A stretch of DNA of 64,000 nt, taken from assembly GCA_964016885.1 (NCBI GenBank), contig OZ024743.1, forward strand, positions 325,624,001 through 325,688,000, in the 5' to 3' direction. Positions 1 through 14,625 of this stretch are shown one piece after another. A program made the translations under genes and the position numbers. Under the pieces are notes generated by a model. That model saw nothing but the letters and a program-made list of their open reading frames with translations, had not been told where the DNA came from and searched no databases. How positions within the stretch are numbered: the first letter of the stretch is position 1; each line of letters begins with the position of its first letter. The DNA is from Eledone cirrhosa. Lineage: Eukaryota.

Positions 1-372
1 GTGTGTGCGTGTGCATATATATATATATATGTCAACCTATGCAAACATGGAAAAGCAGATATAAAACGATGGTGATATACAGACACACATATTTAAGATA
101 GTCAAAAGTATGCATCTATATAAAATTTGTCTTAATAATTTTCTGATTCAATAATTATTGTATTGTTCGGATAGGGATATTTACTGAAAGATTAAAATAG
201 GACTGGGTTTTGTTTGATCATGTGCTACTGTTGTTCTTTTCACAAATATTTCAGTCTACTTTCTACGGATCCAGATGTCTAGGATACCCAGTGTTAGATC
301 AAACCTAGAACTTATGATTGCAGAGTAAACTTCTTAACGATTCAGCCATAGTGCTTTTAAATTTCAACCTGA

Positions 373-374
<2 letters not shown>

Positions 375-443
<69 letters not shown>
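375..443. repeat. compound (TC)n(TA)n microsatellite
   Basis: Direct dinucleotide runs. Confidence 0.95.
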
Positions 444-447
<4 letters not shown>

Positions 448-555
448 ATGGACGTTAAGACCCTTTTCCTGCTATTTCAAGCATTAACCTAATATATTCC
501 TTCCATACACTGTACCGATTGTTTTGTTATTTCTGTTTACCTTTTACACACACAC

Positions 556-603
<48 letters not shown>

Positions 604-777
604 GTTAATATACATATGGCCTTTGTATAGAGATAATCAAATATCAATATACCAGCACAGAAACATCAAAACGCTAAAATATTTTCAACACACTATAGAG
701 TATCTCAGGTCAAAAACAATATGCTTCATATATTTACCACAGAAATCTATCCTTCCAATTTTTCAGACAATATATTG

Positions 778-1668
778 ATCCTCCACTTCGACATTCTATA
801 GAGGGATTGTACGTTACAAGGGCGACGACATGCTCGGAGAGACTCTGGGCGTCGAAGACGATGAGCTCACCAGTATGTTTGGTAGGACTTTCCGCCCGGG
901 ACCTATGGACAACTTCCAGAGGTCCCTGGCCTGGCAGTGCTACCGAGGAGCTCTACCGGTTCGTGACAAAATCTACAGGCACGGACGCCCTGGCAGGGAT
1001 CCTTCCAAGAGGACGTGTCCAAGATGTGCGCAGGACATTGAAACAGTTCTGCACGCAATTGTACACTGCCCGGGCGTAAGCGACCTGTGGAACTATGCAG
1101 AACAACTGCTGTCGCGTATGGGACAAATACAGTTGACTGCCGAATCCATAGTAAGGATCAAACCGCCAGACTCTTTCAAAAACGAAAGAGAGGCGGTTTT
1201 CCTCTGTACGGTGGCTATGGTGAAAGAAGTTATATGGTGGACGAGGTTGAGAGGACTGAGGACAGATGCCTTTCTCTCCGGACAACAATTGATTCCATTC
1301 TTTAAGTATCACTTTAGAAGGAGAATCAGGGTGGAGAGAGAGGCACTGCACCCCAGTAAATTTACTGAAAGGTGGGTGAATGAAGCGAAAATGGCCCGAG
1401 TGATTGGGCCTTCTCTGTTTATAAGCCTGTAGGTTGAGGAAGAGAGCAAAAGGAAGAAAGGAGCACTTGCACAACACGCTCCTTGAGTTGAGGGTTGTTC
1501 TATCGACGGGGTATTAAACAACCCATTTGTGGCGCCTCCCCCCTATTGGGGATTTCGATTGTTGAAATTGTTTGTTTTTATATTTTTTTACACGACTGTA
1601 TGTAAAATCCCCGGCATGTCTTTGTATTGTCCCCTTTCTTGTTGCGCCCTTGTGGCTAATAAAGAAAT
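778..1668 (+). mobile_element. 5'-truncated Tx1/L1-clade non-LTR retrotransposon (ORF2 C-terminus + 3'UTR)
   Basis: GC-rich island; ORF 830-1432 has the zf-RVT/CCHC motif RTCPRCAQDIETVLHAIVHCP; AATAAA near the 3' end; 10-bp direct repeat CAATATATTG at 768-777 and 1669-1678 (TSD). Confidence 0.85.
830..1432 (+). pseudogene. Tx1/L1 ORF2 C-terminal fragment (zinc-binding region), frame open from ~779
   Basis: W...RGALPV...CPRC...ETVLHAIVHC..V..LW pattern typical of L1/Tx1 ORF2 C-termini. Confidence 0.8.
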
Positions 1669-2071
1669 CAATATATTGCAAAGTCTTTTAGAAGCAATCA
1701 GAGTCAAAAAACAAATAAAAAAACAAAAATTATTTAACAAAAATTATTTAAAAGATTTAGAAGACCCAGTGGTTCTACAGCTGCCCTTATATTTAGTACA
1801 GAAATTTATCTTGCGTAAAATTTATTTAATACATTGGGAGCATATACATTTTAGAGTAGTTTCATTACATCTTAGTTTATATTTATGAAGAAGGTTTAAA
1901 AAGAAAAAGGTGAAGGAATCGAAAGATTTATCGTCAGGTTACATACATTGATTAAATTTCTTAATTAATTATACTACATTTTAAATTTATATTTATATTT
2001 AAACGTTGAGTTCAATCTATGTCTGCAGCAACTGAATAAATTGCTCCTTAAATTAAGGGAATTTTTGGATT

Positions 2072-4342
2072 TTAATATAAAGAATATCTCCTCCACGCAG
2101 AGATCACATGTCTCAGATGAGGAATTAAAAGGAATCCCTTCTTCGTCAACAGAGGAAGCAGCTCCCTAAACTTCTTCCAACCCATCCTTATTCTAGATAC
2201 TATGGCCTCGGAACACCCTCCTCCCATGCTAATCTGATCTCCAAGGTACCGGAAGCTATCCACCACTTCTATAGCGCCCTCCTGCATTTGAAAAATGTGT
2301 CTATCAATGCGACTTCTACTGTCTAATTTCCCTGTACATCTACTGCATACATATTTCTCACTACCTGTTAGTTTGCCTGCTATCCCGCTACATCTCTTGT
2401 GTACCCAGGATCTGCATTGTGTGCATTTTATAGAATTTATGCCAGTTCCTTTTCTGCATATCGAACATGGCCATTTCCCTGATGGAATCAGAGTTTTGTC
2501 CTCTTTTCTACTCATCAACACTTTTGTCTTAGTTAGATTCACTCTCAGTCCTCTTGCTTCCAACTGCTGTTTCCATAGCCAGAATTTATTCTCTAGCTCC
2601 TCTACTGATTCTGCTATAAGAGCCAGATCGTCAGCATAGAGAAGTTCCCATGGACAGCCAGTCTTAAACTCCTCTGTTATGGCTTGGAGGACTATAATGA
2701 ACAAGAGCGGGCTGAGGACCGAACCCTGATGTACTCCTACTTGTATCTGGAATTCCTCACTAAACTCCATTCCTACCCTGACTTTACTGAGAGTACCTCT
2801 GTACAAAGTTTGCACTGTCCTCACAAGCCATTCCTCAACACCTAGCTTCCTTAGGGACCACCAGATGACAGATCGGGGTACCCTATCAAAGGACTTCTCT
2901 AGGTCAACAAGGGCTAAGTATAGTGGCTTATTCTTCTCTAAGAACCTCTCTTGCAATTGTCTCACCAAGAAGAGGGCATCTGTTGTACTCTTCCCAGGCA
3001 CAAAACCAAACTGCATCTCATCTAGTTTGACCCTTTCTCTAATTAGTTGTGCTAAAATCCTTTCTGCCACTTTCATAACCTGATCTATCAGTTTTATACC
3101 CCTATAATTGCTCCTCTCCAAAGCATCCCCTTTACCTTTATAGCAATTTATGAGAATACTGCTGCACCAGTCTTTGGGTATGACACCACCATATATAGCC
3201 TGATTGATGATGCGTGCAACCAGTTTAGTGCCTACGTCCCCTGATGCCTTCAGCATCTCAGCAACTATTCCCGATGGTCCGGCAGCCTTACCATTTTTCC
3301 TTTCCCTAATCGCCTCTTGGACCCTATATTCGTCAATCTCAATAGCTGGTCCCTCTGTCGGATCTACCAAGGGTAATTTCTCTCTCTCCCATTTGTTCTC
3401 CACATTCATCAGTCTCTCATAATGACATTTCCAGGCCTCCTTTTTCTGATCATTCGTGACACTAAGTACACCGGCATCATCCCGGACACATTTATCTCCA
3501 ACAACATCCTGATTTGCATTGACACACTGCCTTGCAATGTGGAACACTGCACGCCTCTGATCTTCCCGTCGCAGAACATTGGCAAACCTCCTACTCTCTG
3601 CCTCCCTGCGTGCTAAGTACACCTGACGTCTAGCTTCTCTCTTAGTGGCTGTATATTCTTCCCTACTCCCACCCTTTTTCCAAGCCTTCCATGCTAGTCT
3701 TTTGTCTCTAATAGCCTTATCTACTGTGCTGTTCCACCACCAGGTCACTCTCTGTCTGGTTGGAGCTCTGCTCCAGCCACAAGTTTCATCAGTAGCCTGC
3801 AGCAAGTTGTCACGTAGGAAATTCCAGTTATTATCTATGTCATACGTCTCTAAATCATCTTCTTTTTCGTCATATACATCTTGAAGGGCTTTCCTAAATT
3901 TGTATTTTAGTGAAAGGTCTATTAGCTTCCAGACCTTTCTTCTCCACACCTTCCTATATGTCTCATTCCATCTCTTGCTTACTGAGATATCACTAACAAC
4001 TAACCTATGCTGTGGGGTACATTCTTCCCCAGGGTATGCCTTGGTATTAGACACTATCTGCCTGTCCCGCTGCCTAACTAGTAAAAAGTCAATCTGGCTT
4101 ATGTGCTCACCAGATTTGTAGGTTATTAGGTGATTGGAAGGTTTCTGGAAGTTTGTGTTGCAAATAGTCAATGTACCTGCATCAAAAAATTCAAGAAGTC
4201 TCACTCCTTCTTCATTTCTTGAACCGTAACCGTGCCCACCATGTACCCCAGTGTAACCATCCTGGAGCTGTCCAACATGACCATTGAAGTCTCCTGCTAG
4301 CATAACGATGTCTCCGTCCTCTGTCATTGCGGTTGTTTGCAA
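2072..4342 (-). CDS. RTE LINE endonuclease/reverse transcriptase, partial (756 aa open; last ~18 codons run into flank)
   Basis: ORF track translation with APE and RT motifs. Confidence 0.8.
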   Translation of the reverse strand: MQTTAMTEDGDIVMLAGDFNGHVGQLQDGYTGVHGGHGYGSRNEEGVRLLEFFDAGTLTICNTNFQKPSNHLITYKSGEHISQIDFLLVRQRDRQIVSNTKAYPGEECTPQHRLVVSDISVSKRWNETYRKVWRRKVWKLIDLSLKYKFRKALQDVYDEKEDDLETYDIDNNWNFLRDNLLQATDETCGWSRAPTRQRVTWWWNSTVDKAIRDKRLAWKAWKKGGSREEYTATKREARRQVYLARREAESRRFANVLRREDQRRAVFHIARQCVNANQDVVGDKCVRDDAGVLSVTNDQKKEAWKCHYERLMNVENKWEREKLPLVDPTEGPAIEIDEYRVQEAIRERKNGKAAGPSGIVAEMLKASGDVGTKLVARIINQAIYGGVIPKDWCSSILINCYKGKGDALERSNYRGIKLIDQVMKVAERILAQLIRERVKLDEMQFGFVPGKSTTDALFLVRQLQERFLEKNKPLYLALVDLEKSFDRVPRSVIWWSLRKLGVEEWLVRTVQTLYRGTLSKVRVGMEFSEEFQIQVGVHQGSVLSPLLFIIVLQAITEEFKTGCPWELLYADDLALIAESVEELENKFWLWKQQLEARGLRVNLTKTKVLMSRKEDKTLIPSGKWPCSICRKGTGINSIKCTQCRSWVHKRCSGIAGKLTGSEKYVCSRCTGKLDSRSRIDRHIFQMQEGAIEVVDSFRYLGDQISMGGGCSEAIVSRIRMGWKKFRELLPLLTKKGFLLIPHLRHVISAWRRYSLY

Positions 4343-4490
4343 AAGTTGCTCATAAAAGCAGTCTTTCTCATCTTTGCCTAGGCCTGCTTGGGGAGCATAG
4401 GCCGAGATGATTGTCAGTAGTCTCCTACCTACAACTAATCTAAGCTAAATTATTCGATTACTAACTCGAACTACCTCTATTGTCTTATTG
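2128..4490 (-). mobile_element. RTE-clade LINE internal fragment (APE endonuclease, RT, PHD insert), both ends missing
   Basis: ORF 2072-4342: GDFNGHVG, SQIDFLL (APE); KAAGPSGI, QFGF, DLEKSFD, GVHQGSVLSP, YADD, FRYLG (RT); C4HC3 finger. Homology to the other copies stops at ~2128. Confidence 0.93.
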
Positions 4491-4493
4491 ATC

Positions 4494-4525
<32 letters not shown>

Positions 4526-4547
4526 AACACACACATATATATATATA

Positions 4548-6650
<2,103 letters not shown>

Positions 6651-6653
6651 CTC

Positions 6654-6988
6654 TCATCATTTCATTTTACGCCCGCTTTTCCCTGCTAGCAAAGGTAGGA
6701 CGGGAACTGATTCTGGCTTGATTTCTACAGCTGGATGCCCTTCCTAACACCAACCTCATTTACAGTGAGTGCTGGGTGCTTTTTTGCCGTGGCACCTCCA
6801 CGACCACTTTGCAGTGGAATGATATGGACCCCCAGTCCCTATCATCTCATTTCTACAGCTGAGTAAACTGGAACAATGTGAAATAAAGTGTCTTGCTCAA
6901 GGAAACAACACATCACCCGGTCTGAGAATTGAACTCACAACCTTTCGATTGCAAGGCCAATGCTCTAACCATTAAGCCATGTGCCTCC
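6654..6988 (-). mobile_element. tRNA-head, CORE-like SINE with RTE-derived 3' tail
   Basis: Reverse complement of 59764-60108; A box TGGCTTAATGG, B box GAGTTCAATTC, CORE-like CCTTGAGCAAGACACTT...CAGTTTACTCAGCTGTAGAAATGAG. Confidence 0.85.
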
Positions 6989-7098
6989 ATATATATATAT
7001 ATTTATATATATAACACACACATATATATATATATATATATAACACACACACACAGATATATATATATATTTATATCTATATATAACACACATATATA

Positions 7099-7172
<74 letters not shown>

Positions 7173-7187
7173 CACATATATAACACA

Positions 7188-10100
7188 CATCATCATCATC
7201 ATCATCGTTTAACGTCCATATTCCACGCTTGCATGGGTTTGGATGGGAGTTTTCCCACTTGAGGCAAGAGTGGTTGTCTTGCTTGCATAGGACTGTCTGG
7301 CGGGTTTTCTACGGCTGGATGCCCTTCCTAACACCAACCACATTTACAGTGTGGAACTGGGAGGTTTTTACCGTTTTTCCTACATGGCCACATTACAGCG
7401 TAGACTGTGTGTTTTTTTGTTGTGACACCTACACGACCTCATTTGTTTCGGACTGGATGTATTGGTACCAACATAACTTTACATTGAAAGGGGTGGTGTG
7501 GATGGGGTGGGGGTAGTGGGACAGGGGTGTATTTTGTTAGAGGTGCCTACTGACTGTAGAAGGTTTCACTTTGCACTTAGGTAAGGTGGGTCTTCTCTAT
7601 TATTGTGTAGCGCCAAAGATCTCGGTCCAGTGACATTGTCTTGGAGAGGTGTAAGTGTGTGAGGTCGGAATTTATCAAGTCGTCCCAGGTTTTTCTGGGT
7701 CTGCCTACTCCGTGGCTACCGTCTATTTTTATTGCCCTGCACTTTTTTATACAGCTGTTGTCTTTCATTCTTTCATGCGCATCACATGACCATACCAACG
7801 TAGTCTTCTCTCGAGTAAACAACATCTGATCCCTCTTATTCCTAATTTCTCCCTTAGTTCGTTTATGCTTTGCCGTTCACGTATATTACTATTACACATC
7901 CAGCGGCACATGCAAGCTTCGTTCCTCTCCAGTCTGTGTATATCCTCTGCACACAATGCCCAGGTCTCACTGCCATGTAACATTGCTGTTCGTATGCAGG
8001 CATCATACAGCCTGCCTTTCATTTTTAGAGAGAACCCTTTAGCGGCCAATAGTGGTATAAGCTCTCTGAACTTTTTCCATCCCGTTCTGACTCTAGCTAC
8101 TGTACTTTCAGAGCACCCTCATCCACTGCTGATTTTGTCACCCAGGTAACGGAAGCTGTCCACTATTTCTATAGAACCATCTGTGCAATGGAATGAGTTA
8201 GTATTCTTTGGGCACTTGCTGCTACTTATTGCACCAGAGCACTGGCCACATATAAAATCTATATTCTTAGTTAGCTTACCTGTGATCCCACGACATCTTT
8301 TATGTACCCATACTTTGCATTTAGGACATAAAATGGAGTTTCTACCTACTCCTTTCCTACACACTGAGCATGGCCATTTCCTAGATGGGACCGGTGCCCT
8401 ATTTTCCTTTCTACAAACTAGAACTTTAGTCTTAGACAAGTTAACTTTAAGGCCTTTTGATTCTAGGCCATGCTTCCATGTTTGGAATTTCTTCTCTAGT
8501 TCAGCCATTGATTCAGCTATGAGCGTTGGATCATCTGCATATAGGAGTTCCCATGGGCAGCCGATCTTGAACTCCTCTGTTATAGCCTGAAGGGCAATAA
8601 TAAATAGTAGGGGGCTAAGGACGGAGCCCTGATGAACACAAACTTTTACGCTAAACTCTTCACTATATTCTAACCTTGCTGACTGTTTCTTTATACATGG
8701 CTTGTATAGCTCTCACAAGCCATTCATCAACACCTAGTTTTCTAAGGGCCCACCAGATAATCGAGCGGGGTACTCTGTCAAAGGCTTTCTCCAAGTCAAC
8801 AAAAGCTAAGTATAGGGGTTTACTTTTAGCTAGGTACTTCTGTAGTTGTCGTACAATGAAAAGAGCGTCTGTTGTACTTTTACCTGACACAAACTCGAAC
8901 TGCATTTCGTCTAGATCGACTCGCTCTCTGATTAGTTGCGCTATTACTTTTTCTGTGACCTTCATGACCTGGTCAATTAATTTAATGCCTCTATAGTTTC
9001 CCCTATCTAGGGCATCACCTTTACCCTTGTAGCAGTTAATGATGATGCTGCTGCGCCAGTCCTTCGGAATGATCCCATCCTGTATGACTTGGTTTACTAT
9101 CCGGGTGACCATAGTGTGTCCCACCGTTCCAGATGCTTTCGGCAACTATTTCCGAAGGCCCGACCGCCTTGCCCGTCTCCATGTCTTTGATCGCCTTACT
9201 TATTATATTATCTTCAACTTGCACTGCTGGTCCCTCTATTGGGTCGATGTGGGGGAGGCTGTCTTTCTCCCAATTATTCTCCTCATTTAGTAGCCTTTCG
9301 TAGTGACACTTCCAAGCTACCTTCTTATCAGCGTCAGTGATGGCAAGTACACCATCATCATTAAGGACACACTTCTCCCCGACAATATCACTGTTTTCCT
9401 TGACACATTGCCTAGCAATCCTGAACACCTCACGTTTTTGGTCCTCGCGTTGTAGAACATGCTTGAACTTTCTTTCCTCTGCTTCCCTTCTTGCGAAGTA
9501 CACTTGTCTCCTAGCTTCCCTCCTGGCCACTTGATAGTCTTCTCTACTTCCCCCATCCCGCCATGCTTTCCAAGCCTGCTTTTTGGCCTTGATTGACCTC
9601 TCCACCTTACTGTTCCACCACCAAGTTACTCTCCTCCTGTCTATAGGCCTGCTCCAGCCACAGGTTTCATCTGTCGCCTTCAGCAGGTTAGCTTTCAGGA
9701 ATTCCTGTTCCTCTATATTGTACGACTCTAATTGCTCTTCCTTACTATCAAAAGCATCAAGTAATATGCTTTTAAATTTATTACTGGTTGTGGGGTCCTT
9801 TAATTTCCATATTTTTCTCCTGAGGATAGTCCTCTTCTGTTGTCGAATACGTCTCATCCTGACTATGAGGTCGCTAATTATGAGTCTATATTGAGACGTG
9901 CATTCTTCATAGGGGAGGGATTTAGTGTTTACAACAGACACTCTGTCACATCTGGTAAGGATATAATCTACCTGGCTTGTGTGTTCCCCCGATCTATAGG
10001 TGATCAAGTGATTATCTCGTTTTTTTAAGTTGGTGTTACAGATAGTTAGGTTATTTGTGTCACAGAATTCCAGGATTCTGGAGCCTTCCTCATTTCTAGT

Positions 10101-11435
10101 ACCAAACCCATAGCCTCCATGGATTCCGTCATAGCCGTCACAATGTTGTCCCACGTGACCATTTAGGTCGCCAGCAATAATTATATAGTCACTGTCGGTT
10201 ATTTGGGAGGTAGTGAGCATCAGTGTCTCATAGAATCTGTCTTTTATAGTGCCGGGCAGTCCGGATTGGGGTGCGTACGCAGATATTACTGTCACAGTAG
10301 TTCTATTGAGGACAAGTCTTATTTTAATTATTCTGTCGTTCACTCTATTTACGTCTATTATCTTATCTGCCCACTTTTCTGCTACCATGATTCCTACTCC
10401 ACCCAGCCCATTGTCATTTCCCACCCAGAAAAGCTTATAGCATCGTTCTTTACCCACGATGAATCTAGCAGACCCACCCCTCCACCTGGTCTCTTGAATA
10501 CAACAAACATCGACCTCCTTACGTTCAAGCATTTCTACAACCTCGTTAGAGCGACCTTTTAAGGTGCCTACATTTATGGTACCAACTCTGAAGTTTTGGA
10601 TTGCGTTTGGAGGGTGGGAGCGGTGGGGCGCAGGGGGAGATGAGGGAGATGGGGTTATGTTAGCCATCTGCGGCCGAAACAAAGAGGAGGAGTCCTTGCA
10701 TTCTCGTCCATGAGGTAAATTTGTCTTTATCTTTGGCATTGTCACTGAGTGTCCAGATTTTTTCTTTTCAAACTCTCCAGAATTCCGTAGTCCATCCATC
10801 ATATTGAAAGGCAACCAGGTAAGCGATAGCATAGGCCGCTGACTTATGATTGGCCCACGTAATAATGGTGGTACGTGGGGGCGGGTGGGAGGGATATTGG
10901 GTAGTTAGTGAGAAGGTTAAGGTTTAAATAAGATCCCCGTATTTTGGGCATAATTTAACAAGCATAAAACAATAATACAAGATTTGTTTTGAAAAATACG
11001 CTAGAATTATCGAATAGAAAAGCAAAGGTTGGATTCGGGGAAAAATGATACAGATTGATGAATGGACTAGGGAATTAAAATTGTGAGAAGAGTGAAGAAA
11101 TATTTGTACGTTACATTACACCATGATAGCAGCCTATCCTGAATAGGGTTGGCAATTTTTGAGGTTTCGTACTTGCAGGATTTATTTCATATTTGGAGAG
11201 AGAGGAGGGGATTGGTGGCGAACCAGCATGATATAGAGGGGGGGTTGAAGATAGGAGGGAGCAGAGGTTAAGAGTTTAAATAAAGTCCTCGTATTTGGGG
11301 CATAATTTAGCCAGCATAACAAAATATATATAAAATATATAAGAAGAAGATTTGTTTTGAAAAATACGACAGAATTAAGGTTAAGGTAGTTAGCGAGAAT
11401 TTTGGGCATAATTTAACAAGCATAAAACAATAATA
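7188..11435 (-). mobile_element. near full-length RTE LINE (subfamily A) with frameshifts, 5'UTR retained
   Basis: Consecutive ORF pieces 9036-10832 (APE: INVGTL, CIQETRW, SAYAPQ, GDLNGHVG), 8663-9145, 8119-8508, 7765-8049, 7577-7825; (CAT)n tail at 7188; TA runs on both sides. The 5' boundary is approximate. Confidence 0.92.
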
Positions 11436-11484
11436 CACACATATATATATATATATTTATATATATATATATAACACATATATA

Positions 11485-11523
<39 letters not shown>

Positions 11524-11528
11524 GAAAT

Positions 11529-11579
11529 GGCTTCTACAGGACTAGAACTGTTTCATTCAGGAGAAATCACCAGGAAGCC
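11529..11579 (-). ncRNA. type I hammerhead ribozyme motif, degenerate core (CUGGUGA)
   Basis: Minus strand GGCTTC-CTGGTGA-TTTCTCCTGAAT-GAA-ACAG-ttctagtc-CTGT-A-GAAGCC: stem I GGCTTC/GAAGCC, stem III ACAG/CTGT, GUA site. Confidence 0.6.
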
Positions 11580-11594
11580 CATATATATATATGG

Positions 11595-11820
11595 TAAAGG
11601 GTCTCCCCTCTCCACACCACCGATGTTGTCCAATGGAAAGGTAAAGGAGGCTGATACAGCTTCACACCAGTGACATTGCAATTTATTTCTACAGCTGAGT
11701 GAATTGGAGCAACATAAAATAAAGTATCTTGCCCAAGAACACAACACATCACTCGGTCTAGGAATCAAACTCACAACCTCATAATTGCAACCATAATGTT
11801 CTAATCACTTAGCCATGTAC
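11595..11820 (-). mobile_element. CORE-like tRNA SINE with a non-RTE tail
   Basis: Head and core match 59764-59905; sequence after GCTGTAGAAAT differs. Confidence 0.75.
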
Positions 11821-12393
11821 GTGAAGGTACATGGCTAAGTGATTAGAGCATTATGGTTGCAATTATGAATTATATGCCTTTCCTTTCTTCACTCTCCTTA
11901 TAGCTTGTTTTCTTTCTTTCCTTACGTATCTTTCATTATATTTTATCTTATTTATTCATCACATTTCCCTTTCTTTATTTCCTTCTATTTTTGTTGTTGT
12001 TACCTGTTTTTCTTCATGTACATACAAAAGAGAAATGACAGGTTTTTGTCCACTAAGATTTACTCTCCTCCCCCTCTCCCCTGCAACTGTCATTTCCCCA
12101 TAATGTCATTACGGAAGTTATTTTTCAAAATTGTTACATATAAAAACATATTGAGTAAACAAGTGAAAGTTATAGTTTCATAACAACTAAATAAAATAAG
12201 AAGCCCTTTGTTTGGGGATCAGTTTGCTCTGGGCTTGCAGCCAACATCTATGAAATGATGTTTGGACCAATAACACTTCTGTCATTAAGTGACACTTTCG
12301 TTTTCAAAAAAACATTGCATGTAAGTGTGTGGCATGTTTATCCTACATGAATGAGCTATGCTAGAGTCTATTATTATATCAAAGCTGGTGTAT

Positions 12394-13705
12394 TTTTGTA
12401 GGGCGGGTAAAATTCCCGAGATCCATGGACGAGTTCTCTCCAGCGGTCTCTGTCCCTCATTATCGTTGCCATGTCCTGCGTCTCCAACAGACCAGTGTCT
12501 GTCCTTAGGGCATCAACATACGTTAACCTTGGTCTTCCTCTTCTAGTGTGTCCATGTAGGAGCTCCCAAAAGAGCACTGAGTGCAATGTCAACTCTGGAT
12601 GTCGGTGAGCATGTCCAGCTAACCACAGTCTCCTCTGTGTCACTTTTGAGCTGACTTTTGGGAGGCTCCCATACAGCTCTGAGTTTTTCACCCTCAGTGT
12701 ATACTGATTAATGTTCAGAGCCATCCTCAGCATTCTCGTGTAGCACCCATCTACCATCTGAGTGAGTTTCTTGGTCAGTATCCAAGTCTCAGACCCATAC
12801 AGCAGCACAAACTCCACTACAGCAATGAAGAGGCGGATTTTCAGGTCTTTACGAAGGTCCGACTTCCATACCGATCTCAAGCTGTGGCACGCCGCCCAGG
12901 CTTTGCTCTTCCTCTCAACCACATCATCTTCCGTATTCCCAATCTTTGCTCCCAAATACAGGAAGTCCTCAACCAATTCTAGCGGCTTCCCGCCTACATT
13001 AGTGATTCCCCTCTGGCTTCTCAACATTCTCTACCAGATATTTTGTTTTAGTCTCATTCATTCTCAGCCCCACACTCATCGACACAGTCTCAACCTCCTG
13101 CATCAAATCCTCTGCCTCCTTCACTGTATTTGTCACCAAAACTATGTCGTTGGCAAATTCAGCATCCAATATCTTTTTCGCCTTAACTTCTCCCAGTTCC
13201 CAAGAAGGGAGATCTCTCTAACACCAACAACTACAGGGGGATCTCACTGACGTCACTTGTGGCAAAGACCCTCAACAGGATGATTCTTAACAGGATTCAG
13301 CCTGAGATGGAGAAGAAGCTCAGGGACAATCAGAACGGCTTCAGAGAGGGAAGATCAACCACCAGTCACATCCTGATGCTGAGGAGGATATTAGAGGGAG
13401 CTAGAACAAAGTGCCTTCCTGCGGTCATGGTTTTCATTGACTTTAGAAAGGCCTTTGATTCTGGACCATCACTGCCTGATGAAGATCTTACAGGCTTATG
13501 GAATCTCCAAGAAGATAGTGGACCTGATATCACTGCTCAACACCAACACCCAAGTCATTACACCTGATGGGATGACAAAGTTCTTTGAGATACTGGCTGG
13601 AGTGCTCCAGGGAGATACATTGGCTCACTACCTTTTTATCATTGTAGTGGACTATTGTATGCGCCTTACACTGGAGAAACACCAGGACTCTGGCTTTACT
13701 GTAGC
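12394..13705 (-). mobile_element. RTE-related LINE (second family, no PHD) with inverted 5' segment
   Basis: Minus part 12394-~13188 encodes FANDIVL...KTKYL...FLYLG...RRGRPRLTY; plus part ~13188-13705 encodes PVPKKGDL..NYRGISL..QNGFR..DFRKAFDS..GVLQGDTLA; TSD AGCTGGTGTAT at 12383-12393 and 13706-13716. Confidence 0.9.
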
Positions 13706-14389
13706 AGCTGGTGTATATGTCATGTAAAACATCTGTCACAATAGAAAGGGGATGGTGAGAGAGGAAGAAAAAACACTTGATTTCAGCAATGCCAATTTAT
13801 TTTTAATCCCATGCTGTAACAAATCTTTATGGAAAGGGGATAAGTGTGTGGGGGGTAAGGTAAGAGAGAGAGAAAGAGACAGACAAACAGAGATATTGTG
13901 GTGGTTTTATCAGCAATGTCAATGATTATATTATTGTGGGTATATATAACTTATAAATAAAACATTTAAAATGTCATAATGATCTTTAATAGTTGATAGT
14001 GGTTTCTAAATGAACTGGGAAATTTCTATAGGATCAACTAGTTAGAAATAATATCTAAGTGTCTGCTCAATCATAACTCACTAATTTCAAAAGGTTATGT
14101 TGAATAATGGAGTTCAAAATAGAACACCTTTCATCTTAGTTCTGCTCACTATAATTGTATCTTAGTGCCAGGTTCAGCACTAAAAACCTCAAGGCAGGAG
14201 TTGAATTCAGGATGCAATGAGCTGGAACAAATACTACATGGTATTATGTACGTCCCATGCTCTAACGACTCTTCTGTTGGTTTAGTATCTTGTTGAACCA
14301 ACATATTTACTAAAACTGGTTTCAATTCTTTTCAACCAATTCCTATTTGTTATGTGTTGTCCCTCTCCCGTTGTGTGTCAATAGCTTAA

Positions 14390-14625
14390 CTCTTTCCATA
14401 CCAAACTGCTTGAAATTGCCTCTATTTCTATAATACAAACTGTTTATTTCAAAAACATTCCAGCATAATTTTATATAAAAGACATTTGTCAAGCTATGCT
14501 CCAAATACCAGCTTAATAATAAGAAAGTAGAAAATATTACTAAACACCTCCAAATTTAGATTGTTTTAAAAAATATTTGAAAATCATAAGCAATGTTTCT
14601 CATTAGAAATATGGTAATGAAAGAA
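14390..14625 (-). mobile_element. TTAA-associated (piggyBac-like) MITE, degenerate
   Basis: Reverse-complement similarity to 38740-38976 (CATTAGAAATATGGTAATGAAAG); TTAA at 14386-14389. Confidence 0.55.

Noticed and set aside
1679-1888. Gypsy RT/RNase H-like peptide LEDPVVLQLP
   Set aside because: Single weak motif; no TDAS or other supporting motifs.
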